The notes: generated by a model from the letters alone, not told the origin. 61,957 nucleotides of DNA, filler included, from 7 parts of 7 records of this genome joined end to end with filler, not necessarily neighbours in it; one strand, 5' to 3'; shown: positions 49,313 to 59,655, counted from the first letter of the whole stretch. Numbers and translations are program-made.

Positions 49313-50376
49313 TGAGCGCTCCAATCTTTGACGGGCACAACGATACACTCTTCTCAATGTATCTCAACAATGAAGTTCCTGAGGCTTTTTTCGAGGGCCG
49401 CGGCCGCGGACATATCGATCTTCCGCGCGCGCGCAGCGCCAACTTCGTCGGTGGATTTTTTGCCATGTTCACGCCGCCGCCCTTTCAGCAAAAACCGGTT
49501 GCAGGTGCCGAAGATGCCGCTTCACGTGTGGTGGCCAGGGACGACCCACGCCGTTTTGAGAAACCAACACATGCCGACGCCACTGACTTTTCCCTACACC
49601 TGTTTGAGCTGCTCGGCAGGCTGCAGGAAGTTGATCCCGAGGCCATTCAGCGCGTACATACCGTCGCTGATCTGGAGAGTGGAATTAACGCACAGAAAAT
49701 GAATGTCATCGTGCACTTTGAAGGTGCCGAAGCAATTGCCACGGATTTGAGCGATCTGGAAGACTGGTACACGCGCGGCTTGCGCTCATTGGGGCCAGTC
49801 TGGAGCCGTTCCAACGATTTTGCGCATGGTGTGCCCTTCCGTTTTCCACATTCGCCGGATACTGGCCCGGGCTTAACAGATGCCGGCCGCGAACTTGTTA
49901 AAGCCTGCAATCGTCTTGGAATTATGCTGGATATGGCGCATATGAATGAGCGTGGTTTCTGGGACGTGGAAGCACTTTGTGATGCACCTCTGGTAGTTAC
50001 ACATTCATGTGCCCACGTGTTAACACCGTCCACGCGCAACTTAACGGATAAACAACTCGACGCCGTACGTGCCAACCAAGGAATTGTTGGCTGCAATTTT
50101 AACACCCCGGACGTGCGTGCCGACGGGCAGCGTATTGCCGATACTCCCCTGGCGCGCATAGCCGAACATATAAACTACATGGTTGATCGCATAGGCATCG
50201 AACATGTGGCGCTTGGCTCGGACTTCGACGGCGCACAGATGCCAGACGAGCTAGGTGATGTTGCGGGCCTGCCGCGTCTCATCGAACTTCTGCACCAGGA
50301 CGGTTACGACGAGGACGCGATTGCGAATTTAACCTATCGCAACTGGCTGCGAGTTCTGGGTCAAACCTGGAAATGA
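49312..50376 (+). CDS. Membrane dipeptidase (peptidase M19)
   Basis: FDGHND, HFEGAE, DMAHMN, THSCA, RNLTD and LGSDFDG. Confidence 0.92.
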   Translation: MSAPIFDGHNDTLFSMYLNNEVPEAFFEGRGRGHIDLPRARSANFVGGFFAMFTPPPFQQKPVAGAEDAASRVVARDDPRRFEKPTHADATDFSLHLFELLGRLQEVDPEAIQRVHTVADLESGINAQKMNVIVHFEGAEAIATDLSDLEDWYTRGLRSLGPVWSRSNDFAHGVPFRFPHSPDTGPGLTDAGRELVKACNRLGIMLDMAHMNERGFWDVEALCDAPLVVTHSCAHVLTPSTRNLTDKQLDAVRANQGIVGCNFNTPDVRADGQRIADTPLARIAEHINYMVDRIGIEHVALGSDFDGAQMPDELGDVAGLPRLIELLHQDGYDEDAIANLTYRNWLRVLGQTWK

Positions 50377-50423
50377 CGGATTGTTTAATGCGGTCTGTCT
50401 TCCACTCCTCAATTTTTTAATCG

Positions 50424-50460
50424 ACTGATCATTTGATTACTGATCATTTGATTACTGATC
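50424..50460. repeat. 15-bp tandem repeat, about 2.5 copies
   Basis: ACTGATCATTTGATT twice, then ACTGATC. Confidence 0.85.
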
Positions 50461-50576
50461 GCTTTGAGCCGCGCACATGCCGGCGCCTTTTGAGGCTTGG
50501 CCTGTTTTGCGTCTCAGGCTTTTTTGATTTTTTTGTTAGTTGTTGATGCCTCAGCTGCAGGTCGTTGAGTCTGCTC

Positions 50577-50603
50577 AAGCTGTTAGCCTAAGGCTAACAG
50601 CTT
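50577..50603. repeat. Perfect 13-bp inverted repeat at contig end
   Basis: AAGCTGTTAGCCT-A-AGGCTAACAGCTT. Confidence 0.85.
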
Positions 50604-50703
50604 NNNNNNNNNNNNNNNNNNNNNNNNNNNNNNNNNNNNNNNNNNNNTTAATTAATTAANNNNNNNNNNNNNNNNNNNNNNNNNNNNNNNNNNNNNNNNN
50701 NNN
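50604..50703. other. Artificial contig spacer
   Basis: N-run + TTAATTAATTAA + N-run. Confidence 0.98.
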
Positions 50704-50760
50704 CCGGGTCTCGCGATGCTCGCCCGGGGTGACTTCGAAGTTTGCGGCCAGGTTCGCAGG

Positions 50761-52140
50761 TCAGGACAGGACAAGGTCCTTTTCTCGGGCAGCAGGCGTT
50801 TTGCGTGTCCTTGCTGGTGAGGGCTGCGGAACCGCCGGTGCCTTGCCCTTCTGCGGTTTGCCGGCGACATAGACCTCATCTATGGCCCGGTCGTCGCCCA
50901 GCATCTGCAGAACGAAAAGCTCTTCCGCAAGGGTCGACGCCCGCTCCATGCGCAGGGCCATTGCCTCGGTCGCACGGCTGTCCAGCACCACGATGTCCGC
51001 TTCCGTGCCTTCGTCCAGGGTGCCGATCCTGTCTTCCAGGCCGAGCGCGACGGCATTGCCGCGGGTGATCCAGTGGAAGGCCCGGAACGGATGCAGTTTC
51101 TGGTCCTGCAGCTGCAGGATCTTGTAACCCTCGTTCAGTGTCTGCAGCATGGAATAGCTGGTGCCGGCGCCGATGTCGGTGGCAATGGCGTTGACGATGC
51201 CCTTCGAGCGCAAGCCTGCATCATCGAAAAGACCGCTGCCGAGGAAGAGGTTCGACGTCGGGCAGAACACCGGCCGGGCGCCGGTTTCGGCCAGCGCATC
51301 AATCTCGCGCTGTTCCAGGTGGATCGAGTGGCCGAGCAGCATCTTGTCCGACAGGAGTCCGTAGCGCTGGTAGACATCGAGATAGTCGCGGGCTTCCGGG
51401 TAAAGCTCCAGCGTATAGGCGATCTCGTTTTTATTTTCGGACAGATGGGTCTGGACGAAGCAGTCCGGATGTTCGGCAACTAGCGCGCCGGCCATCTCCA
51501 TCTGTTCCGGAGTTGAGGTGATCGCGAAGCGCGGCGTAATGGCGTAGCTCGCACGCCCTCGCCCATGCCATTTGGCGATCAGGTCCTTCGTGTCGTCGTA
51601 GCCGGATTGCGGCGTGTCGCGCAGCCCGTCCGGGGCGTTGCGGTCCATCAGCACCTTGCCGCCGATCATCCGCATGTTGCGCTGCTCGGCTTCCTCGAAA
51701 TAGGCCTCCGCCGAGGCCTTGTGGACCGAACAATAGGCAACGGCCGTCGTGGTGCCATGGTCGGTCAGCAGGTCGAAGAAGCGGCAGGCCATGGCGGCAG
51801 CATGGCCTTCATCCGCAAAGCGGGTTTCTTCGGGGAACGTGTAGGTGTTCAGCCAGTCGAGAAGTTGCGCACCCCAGGAGGCGACGATCTGTACCTGCGG
51901 AAAATGGATATGGGTGTCGATGAACCCCGCCATCAGAAGTTTCGGCCGGTGATCGATGATTTCCGCATCACCCGCCCCGGCAACCACTTCGCAATAGCTG
52001 CCACGGCGCAGGATGAGGCCGTTTTCGATCAGAAGCGCACCATCCTCGATGTAATCGAAGGCGGAGGTGTCATCCGGGGATTGTGGCTCTGTAGAAAAAG
52101 TCAGCAGGCGGCCACGAAGCAAGAGACGGTCGGAAGGCAT
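50761..52140 (-). CDS. guaD: Guanine deaminase
   Basis: GFIDTHIHFPQ, LLDWLNTYTFPEE, ITPRFA, QTHLSEN and FCPTSNLFLGSGLF. Confidence 0.95.
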   Translation of the reverse strand: MPSDRLLLRGRLLTFSTEPQSPDDTSAFDYIEDGALLIENGLILRRGSYCEVVAGAGDAEIIDHRPKLLMAGFIDTHIHFPQVQIVASWGAQLLDWLNTYTFPEETRFADEGHAAAMACRFFDLLTDHGTTTAVAYCSVHKASAEAYFEEAEQRNMRMIGGKVLMDRNAPDGLRDTPQSGYDDTKDLIAKWHGRGRASYAITPRFAITSTPEQMEMAGALVAEHPDCFVQTHLSENKNEIAYTLELYPEARDYLDVYQRYGLLSDKMLLGHSIHLEQREIDALAETGARPVFCPTSNLFLGSGLFDDAGLRSKGIVNAIATDIGAGTSYSMLQTLNEGYKILQLQDQKLHPFRAFHWITRGNAVALGLEDRIGTLDEGTEADIVVLDSRATEAMALRMERASTLAEELFVLQMLGDDRAIDEVYVAGKPQKGKAPAVPQPSPARTRKTPAAREKDLVLS

Positions 52141-52206
52141 CGAGAAAGGTCCCGTTTGTCGGAGTTCGGGGCGGAAGGTCCGCCCCGAAGTGGTTTTAGG
52201 TCTGGT

Positions 52207-53790
52207 TCATTCGCCCGGGCTGACCTGGGCAGTGGCAATCGGTTCGGCTTCCGGCTCTGCCGCGTCTTCACGATGGAAGATCGGGTAGATGAACAGGAAG
52301 GCGGCGGCGATCAGGTAGCCGAGGCTGACGGTGGTAAGCTCTGGCCAGTGAAGCGTTGCCGAATGGATGATCCCGACCGAGGCCATTGCAAAGGCAGCAA
52401 AGGCGAAGCCGCCGGCATTGCGGAACTTGCCGTCAATGACACTGGCAACGATGGCGCCCCAGATGAGACCCGTCAGGATGGCACCCTGGCTGAGGGCGAG
52501 GTGACCTTCGTAATGGGCGCCCTGCTGCAGCAGCGCTGCGGTCAGTTTCGGATCGCCAAGGGCCAGCATGCCTGTGGCCCCGGTCGCGCCGAGCGCGCCG
52601 ATCAGCGAGCCCCACTTGATGATGAGGAAGCTGGAGACATGCGGCATCATCGCGATGGTGACGGCGGCCATATGGTCGGTGCGCACGGCATGGGCGGTGT
52701 TGGTGATCAGGCTGAGCGCGACGAACACCAGAACGGGGGCGGCAGCGGCCACCGGGATCAGGTTGTTCAGGAAGGCAAGCAATCCGAAAAAGGCCGCCAG
52801 CGGAATGACCGCGCCGACGCCGATCACGTATCCTGCATGAGCACCCATGCGCTTGTAGGCCGGATGGCCGATATAGGCGGTCGTCGGGAAGGGCGAACCG
52901 AACAGCGCGCCGATCATGGTGCCGACTCCGTCGGTGATCTGGCAGGTTGCCACCGGATAGTGGTCGCCTGCCGCTTCCGCGCTCTCCACGTTGTTCATCG
53001 TTTCGATGAAATTGTAGATCTGCACCGGCACCAGCACCAGGAACAGCTCCGGATGGTTGAAGAGATGCTGGACCCCGGCCATCAGGTCGCCAAAGTAGGG
53101 AACGGGCGGATAGAAGCCGACGCCCTCGAAGCTGATCGTCGATTGACCGGTGGCCAGCGCGACCCCGGTGCCGACCATCAGGGCCAACAGGCCGGCCGGA
53201 ATGTTGAACGGCAGGCGGAACCGGCCGACGAGGCCCCACAGGATGATGATCATCGAGGCGAAGCCGATGAACGGGTTCTCGAACACCGTTGCCAGCGGCA
53301 CGGTGCCGATGAACACCAGGGCGATGCCGCACAAGGTGCCGAGCATGCCCGCACGCGGGGTCACCTTTTTCAGCCAGGGGCCGACAAGTGCACCGAGGGC
53401 TGCGACGATGCCACCCATGAAGCCCGCGCCGATGCCGACCTGCCAGGCCAGAACCGGATCGTTGGTCGCCCAGTAGATCGGTCCGATGACGCCGAAGAGA
53501 TAGACGAACATCACCGGTGTCGAAATGCCGTAAGGCAGCGCGGTCACGTCCCGGCCATGCTGTGCTGCAGCGCGTTTGGCCAGCAGGACATAGGCGGCGA
53601 CACCGGCCAGGATCGCGATGGCGGCACCCGGCACGATCTTGCCGTAGACAATGTCCGCCGGCATCTGGAATACGAACTGGCAGATGCCTGCCAGGACCAT
53701 GAGGTTCACGAGGTTGTCGGTGAACAGGGCCCAGAAGGCGCTGAAATCCCCCCTCGAAAACAAAGTGTAGTCGTTCCTCCCAACCCGCAT
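52207..53790 (-). CDS. Nucleobase permease (NCS2/AzgA-like)
   Basis: GDFSAFWALFTDN, TALPYG and GSPFPTTAYIGHP with more than 12 TM. Lies within the purine catabolic operon. Confidence 0.8.
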   Translation of the reverse strand: MRVGRNDYTLFSRGDFSAFWALFTDNLVNLMVLAGICQFVFQMPADIVYGKIVPGAAIAILAGVAAYVLLAKRAAAQHGRDVTALPYGISTPVMFVYLFGVIGPIYWATNDPVLAWQVGIGAGFMGGIVAALGALVGPWLKKVTPRAGMLGTLCGIALVFIGTVPLATVFENPFIGFASMIIILWGLVGRFRLPFNIPAGLLALMVGTGVALATGQSTISFEGVGFYPPVPYFGDLMAGVQHLFNHPELFLVLVPVQIYNFIETMNNVESAEAAGDHYPVATCQITDGVGTMIGALFGSPFPTTAYIGHPAYKRMGAHAGYVIGVGAVIPLAAFFGLLAFLNNLIPVAAAAPVLVFVALSLITNTAHAVRTDHMAAVTIAMMPHVSSFLIIKWGSLIGALGATGATGMLALGDPKLTAALLQQGAHYEGHLALSQGAILTGLIWGAIVASVIDGKFRNAGGFAFAAFAMASVGIIHSATLHWPELTTVSLGYLIAAAFLFIYPIFHREDAAEPEAEPIATAQVSPGE

Positions 53791-53858
53791 GTCGGGTCTC
53801 CTTTCAGGGTAAGACAGCCGTCCTGTTCCATCTCCCAAAGGACAGGGCAGCCGTTGTT

Positions 53859-54713
53859 TCACTGCGCGGCCTCCAGCAGCGCAGCCTCCTCCGTATCGCC
53901 GGCAGCTCTTGCGCCCGAGGTCAGGGCGGTCAGGACTTCTGCGGCGACAAAAGCGGCGATGATCTCGGGGCGCTTGTCCCGGCTGGCGGTTGCGCCGATC
54001 GGGCAGGTCAGCTGGTCGATGGAAAGGCCATTGCAATGGCTGTTGCACCAGGAGCGCAGCTTGGCGCGTTTTGTGGCCGACCCGATCATGCCGACGTAGG
54101 ACGCATGGCCGATCTCCAGCGCGGCCGACGTCAGCAGGAAGTCCAGGCCGTGGTCATGGGTCAGCACGATAAAGGCGCTGCCCGCGGGCGCATTGTAGAT
54201 TTCGACTTCCGGAATGGCCCGCAGGCGCATGTCGACACGCGCCTGGCATTGCGCCAGCTCTTCCTTGCGCATGTCGACCAGTACGCAGTGCACCGGCGCA
54301 TGCTGCAGCAGGTTGGCAATCGCCCGGCCGACATGTCCCGCGCCCATGACATAGACATGCGGCAGCGCATCGTCCTCGTTCCGCAGGCGGCTGATGACTG
54401 CTTGCCGTTCGGCTTTGCGCATGCGTGCAAGTGATACTTCCACCCGTCCGCCGCAGCACTGGCCGATTTCCGGGCCGAGCGGCAAGTCGAGCCTGGAGGA
54501 AAGCGTGCCTTCGGCCAGCATGGAACGGGCATGGGTAATGACGATGTGCTCCAGTTGGCCGCCGCCGATGGTGCCGAAGAGGCTGTTCGGGGCAATGAAC
54601 ATCTCCGTGCCGGCTTCCCGGGGGGACGATCCTCGAACCCGCGTCAGCACGACACGGACGATCGGGTGGGCTGAGCCGAAGAAGCTTTCGGTCTGGCTGG
54701 AGCGCATTGTCAT
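53859..54713 (-). CDS. xdhC: Xanthine dehydrogenase accessory protein
   Basis: GSSPREAG, GTIGGGQLE, LGPEIGQCCGG, GAGHVG, LTHDHGLD and GMIGSATK. Confidence 0.93.
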   Translation of the reverse strand: MTMRSSQTESFFGSAHPIVRVVLTRVRGSSPREAGTEMFIAPNSLFGTIGGGQLEHIVITHARSMLAEGTLSSRLDLPLGPEIGQCCGGRVEVSLARMRKAERQAVISRLRNEDDALPHVYVMGAGHVGRAIANLLQHAPVHCVLVDMRKEELAQCQARVDMRLRAIPEVEIYNAPAGSAFIVLTHDHGLDFLLTSAALEIGHASYVGMIGSATKRAKLRSWCNSHCNGLSIDQLTCPIGATASRDKRPEIIAAFVAAEVLTALTSGARAAGDTEEAALLEAAQ

Positions 54714-54716
54714 GAT

Positions 54717-57059
54717 TTACTCCCGGGTTTTCAGCCGCTCGATGGCCATCAGCACCCGCTCCGGCGTTGCCGGGGCATCAAGGCGCGGGCATTCGCGGTA
54801 ATCGGCGACACTGGCAACGGCCATGGAAAGCGCCTCGAAGACGGAAACCCCCAGCATGAAGGGCGGTTCGCCCACGGCCTTGGAGCGCTTGATGGTGCGT
54901 TCCTTGTTTTCCGACCATTCGGCAAGCTTCACGGTGAACTGGCGTGGCCGGTCGGAGGCGAGCGGGATCTTGTAGGTCGACGGCGCGTGGGTCCTGAGGC
55001 GTCCGGCCTGGTCCCACCACAGTTCTTCCGTCGTCAGCCAGCCCATTCCTTGAATGAAGGCACCTTCCACCTGCCCCTTGTCGAGGATCGGGTTCAGCGA
55101 CTTGCCGACGTCATGCAGGATATCGGTCCGCTCCACCCGGTATTCACCGGTCAGCGTGTCGACGGAAACTTCCGAGCAGGATGCGCCATAGGCGAAATAG
55201 TAGAACGGGCGACCCTTTCCGGCGGCGCGGTCCCAGTGGATCTTCGGGGTCTTGTAGAAGCCGGCGGCCGACAGGTGCACACGGGCCATGTAGGCCTGGC
55301 GGACAAGATCATTGAAGGACACAAGTTCGGACCCGATCTCGACCATGTTGTTGTGGAAGCGGATGGTTTCCGGTTCGGTGTTCCAGCGCTCGGCGGCAAA
55401 GGCGACCAGCCGTTCCTTCAGCTGTTCGGCCGCATTCAAGGCGGCCATGCCGTTGAGGTCGGAACCTGATGAGGCGGCGGTCGCCGAAGTGTTCGGCACC
55501 TTCTCGGTCGTCGTCTTGGTGATCTTGATGCGCTCGAAATCCACCTGAAAGGCATCTGCCACGACCTGGGCCACCTTGGTGTTCAGGCCCTGGCCCATTT
55601 CGGTGCCGCCATGGTTCAGGTGGATCGATCCGTCATTGTAGATGTGGATCAGCGCGCCGGCCTGGTTATACCAGGTGGCTGTAAAAGAAATGCCGAACTT
55701 GACCGGTGTCAGCGCAATACCCCGTTTTAGTATGGAGGAACGGGCATTGTGCTGCAGGATCGCCTCACGGCGGGCCTGGTAGTCAGAGGAGCTTTCAAGT
55801 TCTCCGATCAAGCGCGGCAAGATGTTGTCCTCGACCTCCTGATGATAGGGGGTGAGGAGACGACCGTCGTTGCGGTCGCCATAGAAATTGGCCTTGCGGA
55901 TCTCCAGCGGGTCCTTACCGAGCGCATAGGCGATCTCTTCGATCATGCGCTCGGCGGCAACCACGCCTTGCGGCCCGCCGAACCCGCGAAAGGCGGTGTT
56001 CGAGACGGTGTTGGTTTTCATCGGCCGGCTGGTGAGCCGGACATTCGGATAGAAATAGGCATTGTCCGCATGGAACAGCGCGCGGTCGGTCACCGGACCG
56101 GAAAGGTCCGAGGAATAACCGCAACGTGCCGCGAAGGTGCCGTCGACAGCCTCGATCCGGCCGCTGTCGTCGAAGGCAACGTCGTAGTCGACCACGAAGT
56201 CGTGCCGCTTGCCGGTGGCGGTCATGTCCTGGTCGCGGTCCGGGCGGATCTTTACCGGGCAGTTCCACTTCTTCGCGGCGATGGCAGCCACCGCGCAGAA
56301 GAGGTTCATCTGGCTTTCCTTGCCGCCGAAGCCACCGCCCATGCGGCGGACGTTGACCGTGACCGCGTTCGACGGCACGCCGAGCACATGGGCGACCATG
56401 TGCTGTGCCTCGCTCGGGTGCTGGGTCGAGCAGTGGACAGCGACGTCGTCGTCCTCACCCGGTATGGCAAAGGCAATCTGGCCTTCCAGGTACATGTGGT
56501 CCTGGCCGCCGATCGTCATCCGGCCCTGGATGCGGTTCTTCGCGCTGTCGAAGGCTGGGGCGATCTCGCCGCGTTCCAGCTTCAGCGGTGCGGTGACATG
56601 CGGATAGCCGGCATCCATCGCACTGACGGGATCAAGCGCATGCGGCAAAACCTCATAGTCGATCTTAGCCAGCTCGGTGGCCCGCCGGGCAGCGTCGCGG
56701 CTTGTTGCGATGACGGCAAACAGCGGCTGACCATGGAATTCCGTCTTGTCGACCGGGAACACCGGTTCGTCGTTCTGGCCCGTGGGGCTGATGTCGTTGC
56801 AGCCCGGAACGTCGGCTGCAGTTAGCACTCCGATGACACCGGGAGCTGCCAGAACCGCCTCCAGATCCATTGACTTGATCAGGCCGTGGGCAACCGTGGA
56901 CGTGCCGAGATAGGCATGCAGGGTGCCCTGCGGTTCGGCAATGTCGTCGCAATATTCTGCCCGGCCGGTGACGTGTTTTTCCGCGCTGTCGTGGCGGCGG
57001 TCGGTATGGACAGCGCCGCTGATCGACTTCTTGGCGTCCGTGATGATGTCGTGTTTCAT
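54717..57059 (-). CDS. xdhB: Xanthine dehydrogenase molybdopterin subunit
   Basis: HDSAEKHVTG, RRMGGGFGGKE, AFRGFGGPQG, GGTEMGQG and SKAVGEPP. Confidence 0.96.
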   Translation of the reverse strand: MKHDIITDAKKSISGAVHTDRRHDSAEKHVTGRAEYCDDIAEPQGTLHAYLGTSTVAHGLIKSMDLEAVLAAPGVIGVLTAADVPGCNDISPTGQNDEPVFPVDKTEFHGQPLFAVIATSRDAARRATELAKIDYEVLPHALDPVSAMDAGYPHVTAPLKLERGEIAPAFDSAKNRIQGRMTIGGQDHMYLEGQIAFAIPGEDDDVAVHCSTQHPSEAQHMVAHVLGVPSNAVTVNVRRMGGGFGGKESQMNLFCAVAAIAAKKWNCPVKIRPDRDQDMTATGKRHDFVVDYDVAFDDSGRIEAVDGTFAARCGYSSDLSGPVTDRALFHADNAYFYPNVRLTSRPMKTNTVSNTAFRGFGGPQGVVAAERMIEEIAYALGKDPLEIRKANFYGDRNDGRLLTPYHQEVEDNILPRLIGELESSSDYQARREAILQHNARSSILKRGIALTPVKFGISFTATWYNQAGALIHIYNDGSIHLNHGGTEMGQGLNTKVAQVVADAFQVDFERIKITKTTTEKVPNTSATAASSGSDLNGMAALNAAEQLKERLVAFAAERWNTEPETIRFHNNMVEIGSELVSFNDLVRQAYMARVHLSAAGFYKTPKIHWDRAAGKGRPFYYFAYGASCSEVSVDTLTGEYRVERTDILHDVGKSLNPILDKGQVEGAFIQGMGWLTTEELWWDQAGRLRTHAPSTYKIPLASDRPRQFTVKLAEWSENKERTIKRSKAVGEPPFMLGVSVFEALSMAVASVADYRECPRLDAPATPERVLMAIERLKTRE

Positions 57060-57076
57060 GTGGTTCGCCTCAAAAC

Positions 57077-58540
57077 TCAAGCAGACAGCAGATCGACCGC
57101 TTCCGTGGTCGTTTCGTCATGGGTCAGGAAGAATCGCTGCAGCAGGTTGCGCGCGGCCGTCGCCCGGTACTCGGCCGATGCGCGCCAGTCGGAAAGCGGT
57201 GTGAAATCGGCTTCCAGCGCCTTGCTGGCAGCCACGAACGCAGCTTCACCCCAGGGCTGGCCGCGCAGCGCGGCTTCTGCCTTGGCGGCCCGCTTCGGCG
57301 TGCCGGCCATGCCGCCGAATGCCAGGCGGCAATCGGTGATGCGGCCTTCGGAAACGGTCACGCAAAAACCGGCGGCCACGGACGAGATATCCTCGTCCCG
57401 GCGCTTGGAAATCTTGTAGGCAGCGTGAAACTGGCCGGGCCGGGGCCGCGGGATCAGGATGCTCTCGACGAATTCGGAGGGCGCCCGGTCCTGTTTGCCG
57501 TATTCGATGAAGAACTGCTCCAGTGGCAGGCTGCGCTGCGTGGCTCCCTTGCGCAGAACGATTTGCGCTCCGAGCGCGATCAGCACGGGCGGCGTATCGC
57601 CGATGGGCGATCCATTGGCGATGTTGCCGCCGATGGTGCCCATGTTGCGCACCTGTTGGCCGGCGATCCGGTCCCAGTAGCTTTTCAGATGCGGAAAGAT
57701 CTCGCAGATGGTTTCCTGCGCTTCCGAGTAGGTGACGCCTGCGCCGATCTCCAGCGCTGTGTTGCTCAAGGTGACCGATTTCAGCTCTTGAAGGTGGCTG
57801 ATGAAAACGGCCGGGCCGATGGGGCGCATGAACTTGGTGACCCAGAGACCGACATCGGTGGAACCCGCAACGATGGTCGCCTGCGGAAAGTCTTCCAGAA
57901 CGGCTGCAAAGTCGGCGACATCCGCCGGAAGGATCGCCTGGTTGTCGTCAGGGCCGGTGACGACACGGCGGCCGTCGGAAAGCGCTGTCAGCCGTTCGGT
58001 GATGGTTGCCCGTTCCGTTTCCAGGAAATCCTGCGCCGGCGAGCCGTAGCGGTTGGCGGCCATGGCGGCGGCAATGATCGGCTGATAGCCGGTGCAGCGG
58101 CAGAGATTGCCCTGGATCGTGCTTTCGACTTCCGTTTCTGTCGGTTGCGGATTGCCCATCCACAGCGCGTAGAGCGACATGACGAAGCCAGGGGTACAGA
58201 AGCCGCACTGGCTGCCGTGGAAATCGACCATCGCCTGCTGGATCGGATGCAGACCGCCGTTTTCTCCCCGCAGATGCTCGATGGTGACCACGTGGCATCC
58301 ATCAAGCGACGCGAGAAACCGGATGCAGGCATTGACGGTCTCATATTTCAGAACTCCGCCGGCCAGCCGGCCGACCAGCACCGTGCAGGCCCCGCAGTCG
58401 CCTTCCGCGCAGCCTTCCTTGGAGCCCGTCAGCCGGCGCTCCAGGCGCAGGTAGTCGAGCAGGGTCTTGTCGGCAGGCGCATCCGTGACAATCACGTCAG
58501 CGCCGTTCAGCAGAAACCGGATTTCTGTGCGGTGGGTCAT
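57077..58540 (-). CDS. xdhA: Xanthine dehydrogenase FeS/FAD subunit
   Basis: GSKEGCAEGDCGAC, SQCGFCTPG, GNLCRCTGY and GGNIANGSPIGD. Confidence 0.96.
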   Translation of the reverse strand: MTHRTEIRFLLNGADVIVTDAPADKTLLDYLRLERRLTGSKEGCAEGDCGACTVLVGRLAGGVLKYETVNACIRFLASLDGCHVVTIEHLRGENGGLHPIQQAMVDFHGSQCGFCTPGFVMSLYALWMGNPQPTETEVESTIQGNLCRCTGYQPIIAAAMAANRYGSPAQDFLETERATITERLTALSDGRRVVTGPDDNQAILPADVADFAAVLEDFPQATIVAGSTDVGLWVTKFMRPIGPAVFISHLQELKSVTLSNTALEIGAGVTYSEAQETICEIFPHLKSYWDRIAGQQVRNMGTIGGNIANGSPIGDTPPVLIALGAQIVLRKGATQRSLPLEQFFIEYGKQDRAPSEFVESILIPRPRPGQFHAAYKISKRRDEDISSVAAGFCVTVSEGRITDCRLAFGGMAGTPKRAAKAEAALRGQPWGEAAFVAASKALEADFTPLSDWRASAEYRATAARNLLQRFFLTHDETTTEAVDLLSA

Positions 58541-58623
58541 CGCGTCCTCGGGCAAAGTCTTCTCTCAGCCGAGGACGGTACGCTTCAGGACACTTGCAAA
58601 AAATCCGGTGATTCCGGAAATTC

Positions 58624-58642
58624 TTTCAACAGATCATTGAAA
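58624..58642. promoter_or_regulatory. Candidate LysR box between divergent xdhA and lysR
   Basis: TTTCAA-N7-TTGAAA dyad. A second dyad TCCGG-N5-CCGGA lies at 58604-58618. Confidence 0.5.
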
Positions 58643-58742
58643 ATGGCCGTGCGATACTGTGGCTCGGGAAATGCGACCAAAGTCGATCATGAGAACGAGC
58701 GCTCTGTAATCGCACGAGAATTCAAATCCGAGGCAAGAGGCC

Positions 58743-59642
58743 ATGTCCTATCTGGAATCCCTGCGCGTCTTCACCCGCGTGGTCGAACTGGGCAGCATCA
58801 CATCCGGCGGACGCGACTTGCGCCTGACACCGGCGGTTGCCAGCAAGCGCATAAAGGAGCTGGAAAAGCATCTCGGCGTGCGGCTCTTCAACCGCACCAC
58901 AAGATCGCTCACGCCGACCGAGGTCGGCAAGGTGTTCTACGATTATGCGGTGAAGGCGCTGGAATCCATCGAAGACGCGGAAGCCGCCGTCGCCAGCTTT
59001 TCCGATACGCCGCGAGGGGTCATCCGGGTCACGGCACCGCTTGGTGCCGGCCGGCGCATCATCGCCCCGCTGGTGCCGCGTTTCGTTGAAAAATTCCCGG
59101 CAACGGAAGTGCATATGCGCCTGTCAGACCGCAAGGTCGACATCCTGTCCGACGGGCTGGACGTTGCTTTTTTCATTGGCACTCCGCAGGACTCCAATCT
59201 GAAGCTGCGCAAGATATCCGATTGCCCCCGGGTGCTCTGCGCGGCTCCGGAGTATCTGGAAAAGCACGGTACGCCCCGAACCCCGGATGATCTCCTGAGC
59301 GACGAGCACAATTGCCTGCTGCTGCGCTACCCGCGCTCGCCGGAATACTATTGGGTTCTGCAGACACCAGCCGGGCAGCGCAAGCTTCAGGTTTCCGGCA
59401 AGATGGATGCCGACCATGGCGACGTTCTCACCGACTGGGCCTTGTCAGGATACGGCATCGTCAACAAGCCGAGGTTCGACGTAGCCCAGCATCTGGAAAG
59501 CGGCCGTCTGGTGGAGATCCTGAAGGATACGCCGCCTCCCCCCACCATCTTCGGCTGCCTCTATCCGCACAGGCGCCTTCAGGACCCGAAGATCCGCCAC
59601 TTCGTGGATTTCGTGATCAGCAACGCGGATGTGGCCGGGTAG
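58743..59642 (+). CDS. LysR-family regulator (CrgA-like)
   Basis: N-terminal HTH (SITSGGRDLRLTPAVASKRIKELEKHLGVRLFNRTTR) and substrate domain. Divergent from xdhA. Confidence 0.93.
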   Translation: MSYLESLRVFTRVVELGSITSGGRDLRLTPAVASKRIKELEKHLGVRLFNRTTRSLTPTEVGKVFYDYAVKALESIEDAEAAVASFSDTPRGVIRVTAPLGAGRRIIAPLVPRFVEKFPATEVHMRLSDRKVDILSDGLDVAFFIGTPQDSNLKLRKISDCPRVLCAAPEYLEKHGTPRTPDDLLSDEHNCLLLRYPRSPEYYWVLQTPAGQRKLQVSGKMDADHGDVLTDWALSGYGIVNKPRFDVAQHLESGRLVEILKDTPPPPTIFGCLYPHRRLQDPKIRHFVDFVISNADVAG

Positions 59643-59655
59643 GGCCTGACCCTGT

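Noticed and set aside
5609-50703. Six identical TTAATTAATTAA elements in N-runs as a biological repeat or CRISPR-like array
   Set aside because: Each is a fixed 100-bp six-frame-stop linker that truncates genes on both sides, so they are concatenation artefacts.
51565-54099. 844-aa plus-strand ORF and similar long antisense ORFs (33930..36404, 20127..21692, 57119..59089, 27215..28885, 32450..33946, 3899..5254)
   Set aside because: These are shadow frames of well-supported genes in GC-rich DNA and have no recognisable motifs.
50761-59642. xdhABC-permease-guaD with LysR as a novel system
   Set aside because: This is a standard alphaproteobacterial purine catabolism cluster.
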